A stretch of DNA of 64,000 bases from Octopus vulgaris (GCA_951406725.2 OX597837.1:10850001-10914000), one strand, 5' to 3'; positions 25,130 to 39,259 are shown, numbered from the stretch's first letter. Notes: a model not told the origin generated them from the sequence alone. A program made the numbers and translations.

Positions 25130-25352
25130 CCCTTTCGCTACCATATTTATTTTGAGATGCTCTGGGTTTCTTTCAATTAATTTTAAACATAACAAAGAAT
25201 TTAGTAAACTAACTTAGTATTATCATTAAGCTAGTGTTAGGAACATAAATTGTGACTAAGGTTTGGTGGAAGATTTTAATTCAAACTTCTGAAAACAAGA
25301 CATTTATACTACAGAGCCAGAGCCAGTTTTAACCGGGTTGGTAACGAAAGGG
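25130..25352. mobile_element. piggyBac-like MITE family A
   Basis: TTAA TSD with CCCTTTCG(C/T)TAC / GTAACGAAAGGG TIRs. Copies at 659-880, about 35685-35909 and 35941-36161 (tandem), and 43977-44196. Confidence 0.85.
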
Positions 25353-25497
25353 TTAAAAACAATGATGATAGATAAATCACCAGCTTCGTTAAATTTTGTA
25401 ATTGTTGTAAAACGTGAGTTGTTGTATTTTGTCTGAGGTTTTCTGATGTTGGTGTTAAAAGCTAATTCCTTCTTGTTCTTCTTGTGTGTTTTAACAG

Positions 25498-25589
25498 CCG
25501 ATTCCACCAATGCTGCAGCCGCCGTGGCACAAGCTGCCATTCAACAAGCCCAGGCTGCAAAACAGTACCAGAAACATTATCAGAAACAG
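25498..25589 (+). CDS. RBM5: RBM5/10-like exon l, Ala/Gln-rich
   Basis: Splice sites aacag / gtaaag. Reads ADSTNAAAAVAQAAIQQAQAAKQYQKHYQKQ. Confidence 0.9.
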
Positions 25590-28072
25590 GTAAAGCAAAC
25601 AGTTTGCACTTGGAATAGGGTCTCTTTCGGACTTTAGCAAAAGAGGGTTGCCAGATCTATTTCCCGAAACCTTTGAAATCTTTCAAAAAGTTACCCAAAA
25701 TGAGAATTTCACAATATATATATATATATATATATAATATTTTGGACTTAAGGGTTTATGTTGATTAGTGTGTTGAGTAAAGCACTGGCACACTTTGGGC
25801 TACCTGGTGTCATCCACAGTTGGGATATATTTCCGTTGGATCTACTTCATATCAACATGGATCTTTAACCCTTTCGGTACTGTATTTATTTTGAGATACT
25901 CTGTGTTTCTTTTAATTACTTTAAATATAACAAAGAATTTAGTAAAATAACTGAATATTTATAAATAAGATTTCCTTCTGTTTATTTTAGTCATATAATG
26001 CAGAATAACCGTGTAACTCTTCTGTGCCTGTCCCTCTCATATTTTTAGCCCAGTGATTCTCAATTGGGGTCCATATGGCCCTTGTAGGGTGGTCCTTATA
26101 AGGTTTGTTGTTAAAATTTATGTGCCATGAACTGGTTATACTTCTGCATTGCACAAAATATTTTAACAATTTTTTTTATGCAGTTTCTAATAATATTTAA
26201 TTATAAAAATATAATAGGATTTTAAAATATCAAATAGCTATAAGGGTCCACCCGAGCAAAATAGGGATCAAAGAGGCCCATAAGTAAAAAAAAATGGTTG
26301 AGTATCTCTGCTTTAGCTTCTCCACTCCCAATATAAAACCACTTCCCCTTCTGCTATAACCCCACTCACTTGAATGGGTTTCTTATTTTTCCTTGTCTTG
26401 CAAATTACTGGTGTTAGGAAGGGCATCCAGCCACAGAGACCAGGCCAAAGCAGGTGTTAGAGTTTGACAGTCTTCTGGACCATTGGATCCTGTCAAACCA
26501 TCCAAGCATAATATGATGGTATTCAATCAGTTTCTTAATTTGAACCTGGTGGCATGCTACTTTGAGTGAAGCACGTATTGTATGCTGTTTTAAGTGCATT
26601 CACTTCAGCACGAAGCACCAGCAATAGTCGGAAAGTGTTAACATCGCGATGGACGAGCATCCCGTTCTGCCGGGTGTTTCTTCTATTAATCAGTTCTGTC
26701 CCACAGAGATCTGACATATAATCGGTTTGTAGTCTTGAGACAGACTTCAACTTTTTATAATGGTCTTAAAATCAAAAAAGTGTTAATCTGCTATTTGTAG
26801 TCCAGTCTGGCAACCCTGTTGGGAAGGGAGTTTACATATATAAGTATGTGTGTAAATAAATGAATTTGGCTATAAAATAATTATTCATATTATAGAAGAG
26901 TATATGCTGTGTGTGTGCATGCATGTGTATACATCTATCTGTGTGTATGTATATATAATGTATGTAGGTTCTGAATTGGCAGGATTATTAGAGCACTAGG
27001 TTAAATATTTTGTAGTACTTCTTCCCTCTCGTGTTCCTCTCTTGCCTATATATATATATTGGCACGAGCGGCACCTCGGGCAAGTTTCTTCTACGATAAT
27101 ATCTAGCTGACTAGATTGATTTGGCAGCAGAAGCAGAAAGAAGCTCATCATGTGTGTGTGTGTGTGTCTGTGTTTGGGCTTCTCTGAAAACCTTAAGCTA
27201 CATGCAATGTGATGTTGTCATTTGTCCAGCCCCTGCTAGCATGGAAGAATGGATCTGTGTAGGCATGTTAGTGTGTATTGATGAGGTGGAAAGTCAGCGT
27301 GTTGGACAAAAATATTTTATGATATTTGGTTCCTTCTGTGTTGCACCCAGATTGACTTTGTCATTCTATCTACTGCGGTCAATAAAATAAGTACCAGACT
27401 TGAGGGTTACTGGGTCAACTAGAATATAAACCCTGAAAGCAGTGCCCCAATATGGCCACAAGTCCTGTTACTGGAACCAGTAAAAGGCCAAGAGGTATGT
27501 GACAGACACACTTCACAGTTGTGTGGATTGAAATTATAATTCCACTTGAAGGCAAGCAGTGGTTCCTGGGTCTGATTGATAATGAATATTGGTCCTTGAT
27601 CTCAGTGCAGTGTGGTTGATTAAATTAGTCTAAGTAATAATCGACTGCTCCTTTATTTCTTCAAACTCTGAAGAATGGTAAGCAAAGTTGACTTTGGTTA
27701 GATTTGAACTCAAGGTGAAAAAACAACTGTAACTAGATACCACCAGGTATTTTGTTTGTTGCTCCACCATTCTGCCAATCCTCGACACAAGGCCACTCAT
27801 TTAAGGTGAAGGCTACAAAACAATTGTATTGTATTGTCCCTAGCATGTTACTGGTACTTTTAGCTTAGATGCAAAGCCACAAATTTTGTGGGGAAGGGCT
27901 AGTTGATTAAACCAAACCCCAGTACATGACTGGTACTTTATTTTATCAACACCCTCCCAAAATAATGAAAGGTAGAGTTGACTTCAGCAAGATTTTAATA
28001 TTCCGAGGTCAACTTGTGCCTCTCATTGGCCATTTACCAATGGTTTGTAATGGTCAGCTTGTCGTTTTCAAG

Positions 28073-28397
28073 GTGCAAGAACAACAGAAATTGGCTGAAA
28101 TGTCTCCCGAGCAGCGTTTGGCCCATCTGGCTCAGAATTGGTCACAACAAAAAAATCTTTCTCCATCTTCACAGTCTTCCCAGGCGCTATCAGCAGCCGG
28201 AACCGCAGCCACGGCAGCCGCCGTAACAGTTGGCGCACCCACCACCGTCGACGTGAATGCAGATGGCAGCACAATCACTGATAGTTCTACGCATAAAGGC
28301 TCGCCAACCGTTTCCAAACTGCCTGTTCTACAGAGTTCACAACCTGCCTTTCAGACGCCAACAGGAATGCCAGTCAATGACGAGTACCCCAAATATC
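28073..28397 (+). CDS. RBM5: RBM5/10-like exon m, low-complexity linker before OCRE
   Basis: Acceptor ttttcaag (an in-frame CAG 15 nt upstream is also possible); donor c|gtaagt. Reads VQEQQKLAEMSPEQ...NDEYPKY(P). Confidence 0.87.
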
Positions 28398-28999
28398 GTA
28401 AGTATCTAAAGTTCTACACAGCTCATGTTTTTTTTATCCCCTTTCTCTCCCTCTCTCTCTCAAATTCTGTCTCTGTTCTATCTTATCTAACCCCTCCTTA
28501 TTTCCAATAAACCTACAACCAGTATAGTGTAAGAATTCTCATGTAAATTTTTGAACTTTCTCTCTTTCTCTTTTACTTGTTTCAGTCATTTTGACTGCGG
28601 CCATGCTGGAGCACCGCCTTTAGTCGAGCAAATCGACCCTGGGACTTATTCTTTGTAAGCCCAGTTCAGTACTTATTCTATTGGTCTCTTTTGCCGAACC
28701 ACTAAGTGACAGGGACATAAACACACCAGCATCGGTTGTCAAGCAATGCTAGGGGGACAAACACATACATACATACATATATACGACAGGCTTCTTTCAG
28801 TTTCTGTCTACCAAATTCACTCACAAGGCATTGGTCGGCCCGGGGCTATAGGAGAAGACACTTGCCCAAGATGCCACACAGTGGGACTGAACCCGGAACC
28901 ATGTGGTTGGTTAGCAAGCTACTTACCACACAGCCACTCCTGCACCTCTTAACATTTTTCTATCAAATATTTTTCATTCACATAAGTTTGTGTGTGTAT

Positions 29000-29222
29000 A
29001 CAAGAGGAGGTGCTGAAAAGTTCCTGGCCTTTGGTAAAAGAAAATACGGGAGGATCAGTTAATTATGATTTTATTCAACATATTCCTTTCTCAGCTTCAC
29101 ACACTTATTGCAGCGGTCCTTCAGTTTTTCTAAGCCCTGTAAAAAAAGAACTTGGAAGGCTAAACCTCCAACCAGACCTTTTGCAATACCCTTAAAGCTA
29201 GGAACTTTTCAATACTCCCCCC
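29000..29222. mobile_element. Degenerate mariner-type MITE
   Basis: Imperfect TIRs GAGGTGCTGAAAAGTTCCTGGC / GCTAGGAACTTTTCAATACTCC. Confidence 0.55.
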
Positions 29223-30282
29223 CCCCCACATGTGTATGCGTGTATTTATTTCTTTATTGCCCACAGGAGGCTAAACATAGAGGGGACAAACAAGGACAGA
29301 CAATGGGATTAAATCAATTACATCAATCCTAGTGCATAACTGATACTTACTTAATCAACCCCGAAAGGATGAAAGGCAAAGTTGAACTTGGCAGAATTTG
29401 AACTCCGAACATAACAGCAGGCACGGTCATGGCTGTGTGGTTATTAAGCTCAATTTGCAATCACATGGTTTTGGGTTCAGTTCCATTGCATGGTACATTG
29501 GGCAAGTGTCTTCTGCTGTAGCCCCAGGCCTATCAATGCTTTGCGATTAAATTTGATAGATTAAAAACTGTTCGGAGACTCATGTGTGTGTGTGTCTCCT
29601 TGTCCTTGACTTTGCTGGAGAGTTGTAAATGAATGTCCCTGTCACACAAGCAGTGTCGTTTATTTCTAATCATCTGCAAATCATGTCTGGCCACTGGGGA
29701 AATATTACCTCCCTTGAGAACAGTGGAGAGTTGGTGACAGGAAGGGCATTCAGCGGATCTTTTCTGTTTGAATGGCAGTTTTTAACATAATTTGTCGGTA
29801 ACTAAAAAATTTTAAACTTCGTATACTGGTAGAATGTGTTTATAAAACATTTTTTCTCTTGGCTTTATTGAGAAAATTCTATAGTTTGTAAAATATTTGC
29901 TGTTTTTCTTCTTCAATTTCTGCAATTTCAACCAATCAATGATGTCCATTGAGGTAAAAAAAACATTCTGTGCCATATGAATATGTCCCACGTTTAAGAA
30001 ACAGATTGGGTTTATTTACATTTGTGAAGAAAGAAAGATACCCTTCCCCCACCCTTAACCGCAAAACAGATTGAAATGCAATAGATCGATACTAGGGTCA
30101 TAATTATGGGTGACAATTTCATATGACATCTGACCCATGCGAGCATGGAAAACTGGACATTAAAATGACGATGACGATGTTTTATATTCGTGTGTGTGTG
30201 TGTGTGTGTGTGTACATTCAGTAAATTGTCATTGTAAAGATGAATGCTACCCTCTGTAAATTGTTATCCGTTTTCTTTACAG

Positions 30283-30374
30283 CATCACCTGATGTTTGTA
30301 CCTATCAGTACGACGACAGCTCTGGATATTACTATGATCCTTCCACTGGACTCTATTATGATGCCAACTCTCAA
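30283..30374 (+). CDS. RBM5: RBM5/10-like exon n, OCRE domain part 1
   Basis: Reads [31 protein letters not shown], the OCRE aromatic octamer repeats; splice sites tacag / gtaaga. Confidence 0.96.
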
Positions 30375-31920
30375 GTAAGACACACTTTTAATACTTTCCT
30401 CCTCATCATCATCATCATTTAACGTCCGTTTTCTGTGCTTAGCATGGGTTGGACGATTCGACCGGGGATCTGGGAAGCCAGAAGGCTGCACCAGGCTCTA
30501 GTCTTGATCTGGCAGTGTTTCTACAGCTGGATGCCCTTCCCAACGCCAACCACTCCGAATGTGTAGTGTGTGCTTTTTATGTGCCACTGGCACGGAAGCC
30601 AGCCGAGGTGGCGCTGGCATCGGCCACATTCAGATGGTGCTTTTTACGTGCCACCGGCACAGGGATCACAACATTGATTTCTTTTCTTTTTTTTTTTCTT
30701 TTTTATGACTACACTTCTAATGAAATAAGCTCAGCTGTGTTTAAATAACTCTTATCATCATCATCATCATCTTCATCATCCTTCTGTTATGGTTCCATCC
30801 ACATCAAGGCTGCTTTGGATAAAGTAACCAATCAAATTCCGGGATTTATTATTCCCAGTATTCAGTTGGTTACTTCTCAAACCTTCTAAAGGATGAATGA
30901 CCAAATCTGACCTCGACAAAATCTGTACTCAGAATGTAATGGGTTGGTCACTAAACACCATAAGGCATTTTATCTGTCCATCTAACGATTTATTCTGCCA
31001 ATGTAAATAATAATAATTAAGAATTTGGAAAGATTTTGCTAAATTGGCTAACTTTGTCGTTATTGTGGTGTTTGGAACCTAATTTAAGAAAGGGTTTCTT
31101 GGATAAACTTTTAGCAGAAGTTCCAGCCTAAATATAGATACTGTTCTGATACGTATTCAGACAACTAAACATATCGTTTATCTTCCATGTGTTTCAGTCA
31201 TTAGACTGTGGCCATGCTGGGGCACCATGTTGAAAAATTTTTAGTTGAATGGATCAACCCTCAGTACTTATTTTAATTTTAATTTTAAGCCTGGTACTTA
31301 TTCTGTCAGTCTCTTTTGCAGAACTGCTAAGTTACCAAAGTGATATAGGCACACCAGGACCAGTTGTCAAGCAATGGTGGGGAGCGGGGGGGGGGTGCAA
31401 AAACTTTCACACTGAACGTAAAATGCCTGAAGGAATGGTGCCCAGCATTTTGCTGATGCTCTTGCAATTTTGGAAACTTGCCACCTTATAATAATAACAA
31501 GGGCACTCGGAGAGCACAAGCCTCCACTAAGGCAACACCAATGTCCTCTCAACAATTAGCCAGAAATGGTTTTTAAAATGAGAATATCTGAAATAAACTT
31601 GGCTGTTCTCACAAATAAGAATACTAAAAATGAAACCAACCGCTCCCAAAAATTAAGTAAAAAAAAAACTGGAAAAATAATCCAGAATCCTTGTTAGGTA
31701 CCGGATCGCTCCCAAAATCTAATCAGTTCGTCCCAGTCACAAGGCCAAACATCCCTGAAAGTTTTATCCAAATCCATCCAGCAGTTTTGGGATATTTTCT
31801 CCACAGACAAAGAAACAAATACAACTGAAAACAATACCTCTGCCTTCGCTAAGGCGGAGGTAATGATAATGATAATGACAATAATAATAATGTTTCCTGT
31901 TTATTATTATCTATTTCCAG

Positions 31921-32097
31921 TATTATTACAATGCTTCCACGTGCCAATTTTTGTACTGGGATGCTGAGAAATCCACTTATCTACCTGCTCCAACTGGGGC
32001 TGGAGGTCAGCAATGTGATGACAAAGATGGAGACAACAGAGGCAAAAAGAAGGAAGACAAGAAAGAAAAAGTGAAGATTGCCAAAAAAATTGCAAAG
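31921..32097 (+). CDS. RBM5: RBM5/10-like exon o, OCRE part 2 and Lys/Glu-rich segment
   Basis: Reads YYYNASTCQFLYWDAEKSTYLPAP...KKEDKKEKVKIAKKIAK; splice sites tccag / gtactt. Confidence 0.95.
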
Positions 32098-32345
32098 GTA
32101 CTTTGAACCCAAAGTGTTGCCCCCCACCCAAAAATATTTACCATATTTATTCATGTAACACCCTTCATTTAAATGTTAATTCTTGGTATTAAATTTTTTC
32201 CTTTCCATATTCAGATATCGGCTTTGCCCTGTACATGTCACAAATGGCGGTGCCCCAGCATGGCCACAGCTCATAAGCTGAAACTAGAATCAATCAATCA
32301 ATCAATCAAACCCCAGTTTTTATTCTTTTGTCCCTCAGTTAAAAT

Positions 32346-32719
32346 CTCTATCTCTCTATATATAAATGGTAAAATGTCTGCGTGCGTGTCCTTTATACAA
32401 ATCCACAATTTTTCAGTTAGAGGGCTCGCACTTTCTATGGTCATTCAAAGCCGTCCAAGGGTGGTCGTGCACATCTTTACATTTCCCCAGTCACCCCGCA
32501 AAGCCATTAAAAAATCAATAGAAGTGACTTTTTTGTGAATTTTCTATCCCAAACCCAATCAAAATGCCCGAAACTTGATATGCCAATTGAATGCCAGCAA
32601 GCTGTGTGTGATTGGTCGGAGATTTGGACAGTACCCACGTGTATGTGCGCACGCACACAGCTGTATATGCATGCACTAGCACTATGACCCGGCAACGCCG
32701 GGTCATAGTGCTAGTCTAG
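32346..32719 (+). mobile_element. Non-autonomous Helitron-like element
   Basis: Starts A|TCTCTATATATAAA-like and ends with a GC-rich hairpin plus CTAG|T. Related elements with the same termini at about 34857-35167 and 60442-60840. Confidence 0.7.
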
Positions 32720-33334
32720 TATAAAATATTGCAACTTTGCACCAGTAAATTTGGAACATAGAGAAATCTATCGGTTGGCTTGTTTTATTAATCATAATTG
32801 TGTATAGTAAAATTACTTGCAACTCTTTGTTGTATCTGATGGCGTTACTATAATGCTGAACCCTTTCCAAAACGGATTTATGATTTGTTCGGCCTCTTAA
32901 GAAATTTTAACTTTATAAGCGTGAAAGGAAAAGATTAATAGTTATTTGTAATATATTTTTATGCAGGCGTTCCCTGATACTTGGAATGTAGTCCAAGGGT
33001 TCTCCAAGAGGGAAAAAGTTAGGGAACACTACCTTAACCCATTAGCATTTAAAACAGCCACATCCGGTTGAAACATTCTATTTTATGCTCAAACTGGCCA
33101 GGTTTGGCCTTTCACACCTACCCTACAATGTCATTCTAAAACTGTACAGTCACATCATAAAATCTCAAAGGTACCAGATAATGCCTGATTAATTCAAAAT
33201 AATGTGACTGCTAAAGGATTTAGTTAAGATCACAGTCTAATCTGATCCAGTATGTTGCTATTTTAAAGAGATAGGAATTTTTGCTGTTTTTCAAAAGGTG
33301 TTTTATCTATTTTTTTTTTTTTTTTTACTTTTAG

Positions 33335-33502
33335 GATATGGAAAAGTGGGCGAAAACATTGAATGCTCAAAAGGAGGCCATCAAAGAAGGTTTTAAGAAG
33401 ACAAGTGTAAATATCATAGGCCCCATTGCTCCTATGAAACGGGTGATTGAAGAACGTGAGTCTGCAACTGCTGACGCTGGCTATGCAATCCTTGAGAAAA
33501 CG
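33335..33502 (+). CDS. RBM5: RBM5/10-like exon p
   Basis: Reads [14 protein letters not shown]...[16 protein letters not shown], with family-conserved DME.WA..LN and SA.ADAG.A..EK motifs. Confidence 0.95.
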
Positions 33503-34189
33503 GTAAGCACACTGCTTTAAGATTTTCTAGTGTAGGCATCTTGTGTATCATTATCATCGCTATCGTTTAACATCCATCTTCCATGCATGCATAGGTAGGC
33601 TGGTTCACAGGAGCTGGCCAGGTAGAAAAATTACCCTATGCTACTGTATCTGTTTTGGCTGGGTTTTTACAGCTGGATGCCCTTCCTAACACCAACCTCT
33701 CTGCAGGGTGGGCTTGGTGCTTTTTATGTGGCACTAGCACAGGCAAGGTTAGTTTTGGCATCATTTTTACAGCTGGATGCCCTTCCAAATGCCAACCACT
33801 ACACAAAGTGGACTTGATGCTTTTTACGTAGCACCAGCACTGGCAGGGTAACCAAGTAACTCGCAAGACAAGGGATTATGAGAGGAGCAGAGGCATTTGA
33901 GGAGGGTAACTTGTGCCAGAGAATGAAAGGTTAGAGGGTGACAAAGGGACAGGGGCAGAAACGGGTGTCTTGCTATAACGGAGGGGTCATTGGAGGTGGT
34001 GACCCAGTATCAGATGATAAAAGGTTCTTCGTAGGAGGATAAGGTGCACCCATCATCTTTTGGATGCACATTTTATCATCAGATCAGAATAGTTGGCCGA
34101 GTGTAAATGTGTGTGCTGTAACAGTTTCCATATTTCTCTTCTTTTCTGTCTTCGTTCTAAGCTTAATCTCTTTCCTTTAATTATTGCAG

Positions 34190-34243
34190 AGTAGCGGCAG
34201 AGGTCTAGAAGACAAACGGTTAATGCCCCCACCTTGTCCAATG
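34190..34243 (+). CDS. RBM5: RBM5/10-like exon q (54 nt, symmetric)
   Basis: Splice sites ttgcag / gtaagt. Reads SSGRGLEDKRLMPPPCPM; phase 0-0, so skippable in frame. Confidence 0.75.
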
Positions 34244-34356
34244 GTAAGTTCCTGTTGTAAACACCCTTCTTCTGCCTGCAGAGTCTTGACTGCCAAATTG
34301 CAAAGCAGATTGTAATTACCCTCTACTTCTGGTATTTGGTTTAGAAATACACCACT

Positions 34357-34387
<31 letters not shown>

Positions 34388-35270
34388 TGCCAGCTTGGAA
34401 TACAGATAATGAATTATGATGATGATGTGTCTGTGTATGTTGTGTATATCTTTAAAATTATTTCACAATGTGTCCATGGTTTCAGGTTCATTTCCACTGC
34501 TTGGCACTTTCCGCAAGTGTCTTCTGTAGCCCCGGGCCAATCAAAGCCTTGTGAGTAGATATAGTACATCAAAGCCAAAAGAAATCCATCTTGGCATCAC
34601 ATAATAGTAGTAGTATAAGAGAAGTGATTGTGAAATAGAACCAGTGTGTGTGTTTATCCCAAGATACTACAAAATCTGTTTTAAAAACCTGATTTTACAT
34701 CAAGAATCTTGCAGACTAAATACAGGAGAGAAAAAATTAAACTAATTTCAGTAAGTTTTGAAAATGTGTGCTTGATTGCTTTGTTGGTAAAGATTGGGTA
34801 CTAATTAGCAGCCTAATAACTGGCCTCAGATTAAACATATTTGCTTGAGTGAATCATCTTTATATATAAAATTGAAGTTGTGTGTGTGAGACTCTGTCTC
34901 CTCCGATTTAGATTCCTAACTACTCCCACATTTTGCGGAGCAGTTTAATTAACCAAAAGCAGGTATCTTATAGTTGTCATTCATATCGAGCCTTTCTGGG
35001 TATTAGCGCGCGTCTATGATGAGTCTACGATTAAAAAAAAAATTTACCATCATTTTTCCGCATTTTTAATGATTTTTGCTCGGGTTATATAAGGGAAGTA
35101 AGTCTCTAAAAATGCTTATATAGTTATTTCCTTTACAAACCCGAGCAACGCCGGGCGATACTGCTAGTTGATAATAAAGTGGGTAGGTACCACATTTACC
35201 TTCTCATAGTAGACTTTGCTTGCAGTTTGCCGTCGATATACTCTAACAATTTTTTGTTCTCTTTCTTCAG

Positions 35271-35552
35271 ACGCCTACTGAAAAAGCAGCCGCGGCAGCT
35301 GCAGCAGCTGCCGCCGCTACTGAGGCAGTAGCAGCCAACAATCCGGCCCTTGTGGCCTCATATGGAGGTGACAGTGATTCTGAGGACGAATCATTTGAGA
35401 CAACGCCAGCCCCTGGCAATACCCAACGAACCGGTGTCCTTGATGAGGCCAAGCTGACCGACTGGAACAAACTCGCCTGTTTGCTGTGCAAACGACAGTT
35501 TCCCAGCAAAGAGGCCCTCACAAGACACACGCAACTCTCTGATTTACACAAG
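35271..35552 (+). CDS. RBM5: RBM5/10-like exon r, poly-Ala tract and C2H2 zinc finger
   Basis: Reads TPTEK(A)11TEA...[12 protein letters not shown]...[33 protein letters not shown]; splice sites ttcag / gtaagt. Confidence 0.96.
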
Positions 35553-37698
35553 GTAAGTTTTTTTTTTTTTCCTTACCAAAGCATTTTTCTCCATTGTCAT
35601 TTCAGAAAATTATATCAACCCCATTGATGCCAACCCACCTGACATTACCACTGGTTCTCTGACTGATCATGTTTAAATTATTAACCCTTTCGTTACCAAC
35701 CCGACTGAAACTGCCTCTGGCTCTGTAGTACAAATGTCTTGTTTTCATAAGTTCTGAATTAAAATCTTCCACCAAACCTTAGTCACAATTTATGTTCTTA
35801 ACACTAGCTGAATGATAACGATATTATTTTACTAAATTCTTTGCTATATTTAAAATTAATTGAAAGAAACCTGACAGAGCATCTCAACAAAAATATGGTG
35901 ACAAAAGGGTTAAAATATATAATAGAGAAACTATTTTTTACCCTTTTGTTACCAACCCAGCTGAAACTGCCTCTGGCTCTGTAGTACAAATGTCTTGTTT
36001 TCATAAGTTTTGAATTAAAATCTTCCACCAAACCTTAGTCACAATTTATGTTCCTAACACTAGCTTAATGATAACTAAGTTATTTTACTAAATTCTTTGT
36101 TATATTTAAAGTAATTGAAAAAAACACAGAGCACCTCAAAATAAATACAGTAATGAAAGGCTTAAAGCCTTCCCACCATAATTTTATGAAAGAACTATTC
36201 AAGTCCTATATCACTATCTTAATAATAGTTTCAAAGTTTAGCACAAGGCCAACAAGTATGGTCGGGGGAGGTGTAGGTCAGTTACATTGACCCCAGTGCG
36301 CAACTGGTACTGCTATCATCGACCCCCACCTCCAAGGGATGAAAGGCAAAGTTGACCTCAGCGGAATTTGAACTCAGAATGTAAATATGGATGAAACCCC
36401 TGGTACTTTATTTTATCAATACCCTCCCAAAATAATGAAGGGTAGAGTTTGGCAAAAGACACCAATAGAATAAGTACTAGGCTTACAAAAAATAAGCCCC
36501 GGGGGTCGATTTGTTTGACTAAAGGCGGTGCTCCAGCACGGCTATAGTCAAATGACTGAAACAAATAAAAGAATAAGGTTTTAATATCTAATATTTTAAC
36601 ATGAGATAGAATGGGGTTTAAACAAGCAACCTTAAGAAAAGAGACACACACAAATGTAGTCTCGTGCATAGCCATGCTAATATAGAATCACACCCACAAA
36701 CACACACACACAGTTATATGTAAGTAGAGTTAGATGTACACATAAATATAAACAGATATTGACACATAGGTTACACATAACCTTTCATTATAACATACAT
36801 CATCATCATCATTTAACGTCCGTTTTCCATGCTAGCATGGGTTGGACTGTTCAACCGGGGTCTTGTAAGCCATGAAGGCTGCACCGGGCTCCAGTCTGGT
36901 TTGGCAGTGTTTCTACAGCTGGATGCCCTTCCTAATGCCAACCACTCTGTGAGTGTAGTGGGTGCTTTTTTACGTGCTACCGGCACAGGGCCAGAGGAGG
37001 CTGGCAAACAGCCATGATCAGTTGGTGCTTTTACGTGTCACCGACATGGATGCCAGTCAGGCGGCGGTGGCATCGGCCACATTCGGCTGGTGCTTTTTAC
37101 GTGTCACCGGCATGGGTGTCTTAACTACAATTTCCATTTGATTTTTATTTTGATGTTGGTGTTGACGTACTTGACTCGATAGGTCTCCTCAAGAACAGCG
37201 GCACATCGGAAATCATATTAGTTAGTTAGTTAGTTAATTTTTTGGCTCAAAAAGCAAAAAGCAAGGCCATGTAGGGGGACATGGAGTTAAGTACAGGGTG
37301 GTGTTCATGTAAAGAGTTCAGGCCACTTGAGGTCAAGGGAGACTTTGAACCGAGCAGTCATCGGCATCTTCACCATCTCGTCTGGCAGCTTATTCCACGG
37401 ATCTGCAACCCGGACGGAGAAAGCCCCTCTCCTTCGATTGAGAGATATATATACACATATACACCCATAAGGTTTACTCTCCTTTTTATTTTCGTCTTCC
37501 ATCGTTTAAAAGACATGCCAGTCGAGTACCGGTGGTGATGGTAACAGTGTGTCGTAGGGGTTACGCTTGAAATGACTTCGATGCCACCCCCTTCAGAATC
37601 TGTGGCCTTGTATGTGATGTCTATGAAATCATTGTTGTGTTTTGGGTTTTTTTTTTTTTTCTTAACTGAAAGCATTGTCTGTGTTTTGTTTATTGCAG

Positions 37699-37764
37699 CA
37701 AAATCTTGAAGTGATGAGGAAAAAATATAGCTCTGGTGCAGCTGATGGGGATAAAAAAGGACCG
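37699..37764 (+). CDS. RBM5: RBM5/10-like exon s
   Basis: Acceptor ttgcag. Reads QNLEVMRKKYSSGAADGDKKGP; the donor ccg|gtagga is moderate. Confidence 0.83.
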
Positions 37765-38492
37765 GTAGGAAGGCTTTACTCTGATCTCTCCTTATTTCAT
37801 GCATGTATGTGTGTCCTAAATATATGTATGTATGCATACACGTGTGTGTGTGAGTATATATGTGTACATACATATATATATATGTGTATGTATATGCATG
37901 TACTGTATACAAACACAAGTGTGTATATGTGCTCTATAAATTTTTTTATACATATTTCATAGGTTTACTTCTGTTTCCTTTTAAAAGTCACAAGGTTTAT
38001 TATATTAAAACTGTCAGTAGTGATTGGGCTATGGGCTGTGGCCTTATTATCTTATGCACCACACAAACCTTAACTTTTTTTCCATTAATTTTTTAACTAA
38101 ACGGAGCACTTCAGATGCAGTGGTTTCTGAACGGGCAACTGCTAGGTTTTGGCTACGAATGTTACCCTTAGACATAAAAAATGCTTTATTACACATGTGA
38201 TGATGTTGACAATGATGACGATGGTCGTCATCGTTACGATGACGATCGTGATGTCTGTCAGCTGTTAAATGCTGCAACTGCATTGTTACATTGCATACGT
38301 CGAGAGTACGTAGTAGTCTGAAAAAAATAACAAAAATAAAAAAAAAACTGGAGCCTTTTTTTTTTTTCACTCATTTTTTTTTTTCTTCTGTTGCCTTCCC
38401 CCCACTCCCGACGCCGCCCTTCTCCTCCTTGGATTCCGTTCTAGCTCTCTCTCTATCTATGAGTGTTCTTACTTGCTATTGTTCCTCCCCAG

Positions 38493-38578
38493 TACCGTGA
38501 CCGTGCTAAAGAGAGAAGGGAGAAATATGGAGCGCCATCCCCACCTGAGCCAAGGCGCAAGTTTGAGGCGCCTCTTGT
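38493..38578 (+). CDS. RBM5: RBM5/10-like exon t
   Basis: Reads YRDRAKERREKYGAPSPPEPRRKFEAPL(V), the family YRDRA.ERREKYG motif; splice sites cccag / gtaagt. Confidence 0.93.
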
Positions 38579-38919
38579 GTAAGTTGCTTTTATGTATTTA
38601 CAAGAATCGAGCTGTTTTAGAATGGGCACAGGCGATTTTTGCAGAAGAATGTTATTTCTGGGTGTTTGCTGTAGGGGTTTCCAGTTTTTGATCCTTGTTT
38701 TAATCCTTCACTTTAACAAACTTACGAATTTTGGTTTCATTTTCAGAATGTTTAAAATTCTAATGCTTGGATTTCTGGCTCGAAGCTCCTATCAAAAATT
38801 CTGTTTTTCTTTCATTTAAATTAAATCTTAGCTTTAAGATCTTTTTTTTCCTTTCTTTTTTCTTTTTTTTTTTTTTTTTTGAAATTCTAAATTGCAACAT
38901 AGCAGAGATTAAATAGTTT

Positions 38920-39061
38920 ACATACACAGACACACACACACATATATATATATATGTGTGTGTGTATGTATATATATATATATACATGTGTATCTATATT
39001 ATGTAGACGTGTGTATATCTATGTGTATATGTATATATACTTGTATATGTGCATAGATATA

Positions 39062-39103
<42 letters not shown>

Positions 39104-39153
39104 TACATGTATATGTACATATAAAAATGTATATATACATGTATATGTGTATA

Positions 39154-39198
<45 letters not shown>

Positions 39199-39259
39199 GT
39201 ATATGTATATATACTTGTATGTGTACATAGATATATATATATGTATATGTATATATACT

